A stretch of 50,273 bases of DNA from a virus (lineage: Duplodnaviria; Caudoviricetes). Each line of letters opens with the position of its first letter. Positions within the stretch are counted from its first letter, which is position 1. A program made the position numbers and the translations under genes. Below, one piece after another: positions 45,449 through 50,273 of the stretch. Where the stretch lies: the IMG/VR virus record IMGVR_UViG_3300037722_000529, positions 1-50,273 of that record; one strand, given 5' to 3'. The notes under the pieces were generated by a model that ran no database searches, was not told the DNA's origin, and worked only from the letters and a program-made list of their open reading frames with translations.

Positions 45449-45949
45449 ATGTCTTTGATCGACAAAGAGAACACGTTCGACTGGGAAGCGGCGATCACCG
45501 CGGATCGCATTTCCACGAACGTCATCGACCTTCTGGCCGCCTCCGGCGCCCTCAATGCGGGCGACACCGGCGGCCCGACCGCGAACGCTATCCGCGACAT
45601 CGGCGCCGGCCGCCCGCTCTACCTGCACGTCCTGGTTACGACCGCCTTCGATTCGGCGGCCGACGGCACTTCGCTGATCGTCTCGCTGGAAAGCGACAGC
45701 GTTGCGGCTCTTTCCTCGGCGACCGTCCACTGGACCGGAGCCGACATCGAGGAAGCCACTCTCGTCGCCGGCTACTGGCTCGTCCAGGGCATGGCCATTC
45801 CGCCCGGCGCCTACGAGCGCTACCTGGGGCTGCGCTACAACGTCGGTGCCGAGGAAGATTTCACCGCCGGCGCCGTTTCGGCCTGGCTGAGCGACGTTCG
45901 TCACGACACCCGCACCTACGAGAGCGGGCGACTGACCGGCGTCACCTGA
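45449..45949 (+). CDS. Capsid cement/decoration protein (Bbp16-like)
   Basis: LIDKENTF..STNVIDL..DIGAGRPLYL..RYLGLRY; follows the capsid gene. Confidence 0.8.
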   Translation: MSLIDKENTFDWEAAITADRISTNVIDLLAASGALNAGDTGGPTANAIRDIGAGRPLYLHVLVTTAFDSAADGTSLIVSLESDSVAALSSATVHWTGADIEEATLVAGYWLVQGMAIPPGAYERYLGLRYNVGAEEDFTAGAVSAWLSDVRHDTRTYESGRLTGVT

Positions 45950-45960
45950 TCGGTGATCTG

Positions 45961-46305
45961 ATGGCACGCTACCGGGCCAAGGCGATGCTGTTTCTCGACC
46001 GGCTGATCGTGGCGGGCGAGGAGTTCGAGTCGGACGCCACGCCCGGCCGCAACTGGGAGCCGCTCGACGACGAGGCGAAGGCTGCAATCGCGGCGATGGC
46101 CTTTGAGCCCGAGCCCCGGCTGCCCGGATCGCACGACGGCAAGCCGATCGACATCCCGGAGAACTGGCGGACGATGTACAAAGTCGACATCGTTCGCCTT
46201 GCCCGCCGGCTTGGCGCACCGAACGGTATCAAGGCGCCGGAAGCGGTCGCGCGCATCGAGCGCGAGGTAGCGGCGCGTCAGGGCCAGATGGCCCCCGCGA
46301 TCTGA
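45961..46305 (+). CDS. Hypothetical head-module protein
   Basis: GEEFESDATPGRNWEPLD. Confidence 0.65.
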   Translation: MARYRAKAMLFLDRLIVAGEEFESDATPGRNWEPLDDEAKAAIAAMAFEPEPRLPGSHDGKPIDIPENWRTMYKVDIVRLARRLGAPNGIKAPEAVARIEREVAARQGQMAPAI

Positions 46306-46316
46306 GAGGATAACCG

Positions 46317-46796
46317 ATGCCAGCCTGGGACTTCAAAACGCTCCCGCAAGACATCAAGGCCGAGTTTCTCGACCTCAAGGTCATCACCGGCGAGACCGAC
46401 ATCGACGATTCGGTGCAGACCGAAACGACGCCATGGACCATCCTGACGATCCTCGCCGGGGTATACGATCTCCACGACGTTGAAGTCTGGCTCGACCTCG
46501 CCAAGGCGACGACCGGCTTTGCAACGGTGGAATCGACGGCGACGATCGCGTTTGCGGTCGCCCGCGCCGTCGATGGCACCAACTATCGCCGCGAGGCCAT
46601 TCAGGAGGCCGCGCTTTCGGGCACGCTCGCCGCGCTCCGCATGGCGAAGATCACGGTCGGCCGCATCCCCGCCGGTCAGGCGGCTCGCATCATGGCCACG
46701 ATGTCGGCCGACGCGACATCGGACATGGAACTGCCGTACCAGGTGATCTACCGCGGCCTCGCCGCGCCGACCGTCACGCCGGTTGTGGCTGGCTGA
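46317..46796 (+). CDS. Putative structural protein (all-beta)
   Basis: GAGGA RBS; in the head operon. Confidence 0.6.
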   Translation: MPAWDFKTLPQDIKAEFLDLKVITGETDIDDSVQTETTPWTILTILAGVYDLHDVEVWLDLAKATTGFATVESTATIAFAVARAVDGTNYRREAIQEAALSGTLAALRMAKITVGRIPAGQAARIMATMSADATSDMELPYQVIYRGLAAPTVTPVVAG

Positions 46797-46812
46797 TTGA
46801 GGATCAAAACCA

Positions 46813-47442
46813 ATGACTCTCCGCGCTGAAGTCGGACCCAAGACCTTCCCTGACGGTTTCGTTCCCGACAGCCTGCGTCTCGGCCATGCGGGCGAGATGA
46901 TCGTCCAACAGTTGCACGGCCGCTACTACGAACAGGCGCGGCGCGGCAATCTGTTCATGGCGCAGGCCATCGTCACCGCCCCGGTGATCTACACCACGGC
47001 GGCCGGGACGGGCGGCCCGCTGCTGTGGAATCCGCCGACCTCGGGCGTCAATGCTGTCATTCTGGCGGTGTCGATGGGGATCACCGTCGTTTCGACCGTC
47101 GCCGCCGCCCTCGGGCTCACCGGCAACACCGGCCAGACCTCGGCGCCGACCACGACCACCGCCATCGACGGGCGGGCCAACCTGTTCCTCGGCCGGCCGG
47201 CGTCCGCGTCCACGCCCTACCGCATCGGCACGCCGGCCAATGCCGGCGCGTTCCTCCTGCCGTTTGCGGCGCTTCACACCGGAGCGCTCACCGTCGACAA
47301 CATGCCGATCGGCTTCGTCGATGTCGGCGGTGCCTTTATCATCCCGCCTGGTGCCTGGGGATCGATCGCCGCTTCGGCGACCGCCACGACCGCCGTCGGG
47401 ACTTTCGGAATGATCTACGAGGAAGTGCCGATCGCAGCGTGA
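46813..47442 (+). CDS. Putative structural/decoration protein
   Basis: GAGGA RBS; LHGRYYEQARRGNLF, LWNPPTSGVNAV. Confidence 0.6.
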   Translation: MTLRAEVGPKTFPDGFVPDSLRLGHAGEMIVQQLHGRYYEQARRGNLFMAQAIVTAPVIYTTAAGTGGPLLWNPPTSGVNAVILAVSMGITVVSTVAAALGLTGNTGQTSAPTTTTAIDGRANLFLGRPASASTPYRIGTPANAGAFLLPFAALHTGALTVDNMPIGFVDVGGAFIIPPGAWGSIAASATATTAVGTFGMIYEEVPIAA

Positions 47443-47469
47443 TCCGGCGCGTGGAGTGTCCCAAGGGGC

Positions 47470-47504
47470 CGGTGCGTTGCGCCGGCCCTTCGCGCGTCTA
47501 GGCT
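47470..47504 (+). promoter_or_regulatory. Late promoter motif, leaderless start at ATG 47511
   Basis: CGGTGCGTTGCGC-N16-TAGGCT, then 6 nt to ATG. Confidence 0.75.
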
Positions 47505-47510
47505 CGGCGC

Positions 47511-48140
47511 ATGGCCATCACCAAGCGCAGCATTGTTGACGATGCCCTGGGGCAAACGGGGAACAACCTCTCCGAGGACGCCGACCAGACGGCGGCGCTC
47601 GCCGACCAGACCCTCGAATGGCGGCGCGGCTCGGCAGCCTACGATCGCGAACTGCCCATCCTGCTGGAACGCCACCCGTGGCCGTTCGCCCGCGCCACCG
47701 AGGCGATCGACCAAGCCAACGAGGACGACAACCCGTCCACCCGGTTCGGTTACGCCTACGAGTGGCCGTTCACCTGTCTGTGGCTGCAACGGGTCGAGGC
47801 GCCCGGCGGCACGCCGGTCGATTACGAGATCATCGGCCGGCTGATCTGCATGGATTACGACGGCGAGGACGACGATGCGCCGATCGCCACATTCATCCAG
47901 ACGCCGTACACCGACGAAATCTCGAACTTGTTCTGGGAAATCCTCCGCCAGAAGATCGAGGTCGGACTCCTGCGTGCGTTTGAAGACTATGACGAGGCCA
48001 AGCGGCGTGACGACTTCATCGAGGCCCATCTTCTGCCGCTAGTGCGCACCCGCACCGACCAGCAGACCCCGGCGCGCCGTGGACGCACGTCCACCATCCT
48101 TGAGCGCCGCCGTGCCGGGGGCGGCCCGCGGGCGCTCTGA
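47511..48140 (+). CDS. Tail tubular protein A / adaptor (T7 gp11-like)
   Basis: IVDDALGQTG, LLERHPWPFA, FGYAYEWP, YEIIG. Confidence 0.82.
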   Translation: MAITKRSIVDDALGQTGNNLSEDADQTAALADQTLEWRRGSAAYDRELPILLERHPWPFARATEAIDQANEDDNPSTRFGYAYEWPFTCLWLQRVEAPGGTPVDYEIIGRLICMDYDGEDDDAPIATFIQTPYTDEISNLFWEILRQKIEVGLLRAFEDYDEAKRRDDFIEAHLLPLVRTRTDQQTPARRGRTSTILERRRAGGGPRAL

Positions 48141-50273
48141 TGGCGCTCCCCGGCCTTACGTACAGTCAGGTCGACTTCTCGTCGGGCCAGATCACCGCCA
48201 AGGCTGCCCGCCGCGACGACGTGAAGTTGCAACGGTCGGGGCTGAAGACCGGCGCCAATATCCGTGCACTCGCATCCGGCGCCCTTGCTCAACGCTTTGG
48301 CCGTTCGGCCTACGACCTCGACACCGGCCGCACCGAGACGGTGCGCTTTTCCGATACGCTGAAGTACGAGTTTCTGTTCGGTGACGCCGCCCTGCGCATC
48401 CGCGACATGGACGGCACGCTCCTGAATGAGTTTCCCGCCGACTGGACGCTCGATACCATCGACGAGATCGGGGTAGCGGTGGCCGAGCGCGACGTGTTCC
48501 TGACCTACGGCGCCAACCGGCCGCTGCACCTGGCGCTCGGCAGTTCCGACGAGATCGATTCCTCGCTCGGGACGGCGATCGGCGACATGATCGAAAATCT
48601 CGATTTTCCGGTCGTCGTCAACATCGCAACCTCGCAAAATCCAACCACCAAGAACCATACCGTTGCGTTGGCGTCCGGCGAGCCCGGCGATCTGCTGATC
48701 GTTTCGTTCAAGACCGGCGGCAACACCACTACCCACACACCACCCGGCGGATGGACTTTGCTGGCGGAACGCCACGCCACGGGATCAACCAGCATTTTCT
48801 ATCGCAAGGCGACCGGCAGTGAGGGATCGTCAATCACGATCACCTCGACTGGTTCGGCCGGGCGCTATTCGGTCGCCATCTGCCGCCGCATCCGCGGCTT
48901 CAGAGGGACGCCGGAAGCGTCGTTCACCGGATCGAACAGCCTCGACCCGCCATCGCTGACCCCGTCGTGGGGATCGGCGCGAACGCTGTGGCTGGCGCTG
49001 GCCTCGATGCGTCGTTCGGATCAGACCCTCGTCACCGATCCGGCCGGCTACGCCGATGCCGCCGAGATCGGCAACCCGTCGAGCAGCGTCGATACGCGCG
49101 CCAGGATCGCCGATGCGACCAAAAACGCGGAGGCTACGTCGGACAATCCGGCGACATTCGTCGTCACCGGCACCGCCGACGAACCTCATGCCGCCACGAT
49201 CGCCGTCCAGCCGCTCTCCGATGTGACCGAGCTAGAGACCGCCTTCGACGCGGTGACGAACCGGGTGGCGGCGGAGTGCGTCGCCGCGGCGTCGGCGACT
49301 GCGGCCTACATCGGCCTCGATTTCTCGGCCACGCCGCAACAGGTGACCCAGGCGATCGTTCACGGGTCGAACGACCAGGGCTACGTCGACGGCCTCACGC
49401 CGACGGTGACCCTGACCCTCTACGGCAAGAACGGATCGGCGCCGTCCGCCAGCAACGACGGGACGAGCCTCGGAACGACCGCCTTCACCGACACCGCCAA
49501 CGAGAGCGGCGCGCGGACGGTCACCTCCTCCGACACCACGACGCTCTGGGATTACCTGTGGCTCGAGGTGAGCCACAACGGCGTGGCCGCCGACATTTAC
49601 GTCGCCCAGGTCGTTTTCGAGAAGCCCAGCTTGTCGCTCGCCGCCGACAATTGGCTGCTCAGCAACTTCATCTTCGAGATAACCGGCGACGGCGCCAAGC
49701 GCCAGCCGTACTATCGTTTCGCACCGCGCGGGATCACGCTGCTGTGCTCGGCGCGCACCGGAACCGCCATCGACATGACTTTCTCGGAGCCGGTGCTCGC
49801 CGCCAGTCACGTCGGCGTCTCGTTCCGTTTCCACGAACGCGAGATCATCATCACGTCCGTAACCAGCGCCACGACCGCCAAGGCGAACGTCATCGAGACG
49901 CTGCCGCCGACGCGGCGCGTCGTGTGCGCCAGCGCCAACGGCCGCGATTCGTTCAAACTCGGCCAGGTCGTGATCGGCGAGACCACCGGCGCCGAAGGTC
50001 TGATCACCGCCTTCAATTCGACGGCCAATCTCGACGTGATCGTCTACAAGGGCGATAATTTCCTCGATACCGAGCGCATCGTCTCGCCGACCGGACAGAC
50101 CATCGTTACCGGCACGCCGGCGGAGGTCACGTTGCAAGCATCTCCCGTGTGGGACGAAGCACTGATGAACGATTATCGCGGCTGGCCGCGGAGTGTGTCC
50201 TATGATCGCTCGCGACTGATCTTCTGCGATTTTCCGCAGTTGCCGCGGGCGCTCGCGGAGTCGGCGATCGGGG
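48140..50273 (+). CDS. N-terminal part of tail tubular protein B / nozzle (continues into 128-1227); missing from ORF track
   Basis: TGATG-coupled start; MALPGLTYSQVDFSSGQI..RRDD..GLKTGANI..GALAQRFG is the typical family N-terminus; frame reaches GTG TGG GAC at 50147. Confidence 0.85.
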   Translation, partial: MALPGLTYSQVDFSSGQITAKAARRDDVKLQRSGLKTGANIRALASGALAQRFGRSAYDLDTGRTETVRFSDTLKYEFLFGDAALRIRDMDGTLLNEFPADWTLDTIDEIGVAVAERDVFLTYGANRPLHLALGSSDEIDSSLGTAIGDMIENLDFPVVVNIATSQNPTTKNHTVALASGEPGDLLIVSFKTGGNTTTHTPPGGWTLLAERHATGSTSIFYRKATGSEGSSITITSTGSAGRYSVAICRRIRGFRGTPEASFTGSNSLDPPSLTPSWGSARTLWLALASMRRSDQTLVTDPAGYADAAEIGNPSSSVDTRARIADATKNAEATSDNPATFVVTGTADEPHAATIAVQPLSDVTELETAFDAVTNRVAAECVAAASATAAYIGLDFSATPQQVTQAIVHGSNDQGYVDGLTPTVTLTLYGKNGSAPSASNDGTSLGTTAFTDTANESGARTVTSSDTTTLWDYLWLEVSHNGVAADIYVAQVVFEKPSLSLAADNWLLSNFIFEITGDGAKRQPYYRFAPRGITLLCSARTGTAIDMTFSEPVLAASHVGVSFRFHEREIIITSVTSATTAKANVIETLPPTRRVVCASANGRDSFKLGQVVIGETTGAEGLITAFNSTANLDVIVYKGDNFLDTERIVSPTGQTIVTGTPAEVTLQASPVWDEALMNDYRGWPRSVSYDRSRLIFCDFPQLPRALAESAIG
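50147..50273. repeat. Terminal direct repeat, copy 2
   Basis: Identical to 1-127. Confidence 0.97.

Overview
The window is an apparently complete, circularly permuted genome of a temperate short-tailed (podovirus-type) phage. Bases 1-127 are repeated exactly at 50147-50273, so the unit length is 50,146 bp and one gene (tail tubular B) spans the join. High GC, a GapR/DUF2312 homologue and the gene content suggest an alphaproteobacterial (probably Hyphomicrobiales) host. The late/structural arm on + runs terS, terL, portal, scaffold, major capsid, tail tubular A/B, ejection proteins, a modular fibre/RBP cluster and lysis genes, in a BPP-1/epsilon15-like order. The leftward early arm holds an ExoVIII-like nuclease, a Sak4-like ATPase, xis, a tyrosine integrase and an attP matching the 3' half of tRNA-Gly(CCC). 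A cI/cro switch has three 17-bp operators. The rightward early arm holds an fMet-derived tRNA, GapR, RusA, an adenine MTase, DnaB and an initiator with iterons. Main observations: (1) an 11-bp motif CKGTGCGTTGC marks nine late promoters, five apparently producing leaderless mRNAs; (2) one of these promoters fronts a non-coding hairpin with C-rich anti-Shine-Dalgarno-like segments; (3) an IS1595-family element with TIRs and an 8-bp TSD splits an XRE gene and carries a DUF262+HEPN pair, with one deletion removing both the HEPN and transposase C-termini; (4) an in-frame HNH-HTH-signal peptide-RlpA fusion; (5) nested adhesion-like domains in the tail nozzle. All family calls are by eye; no searches were run.
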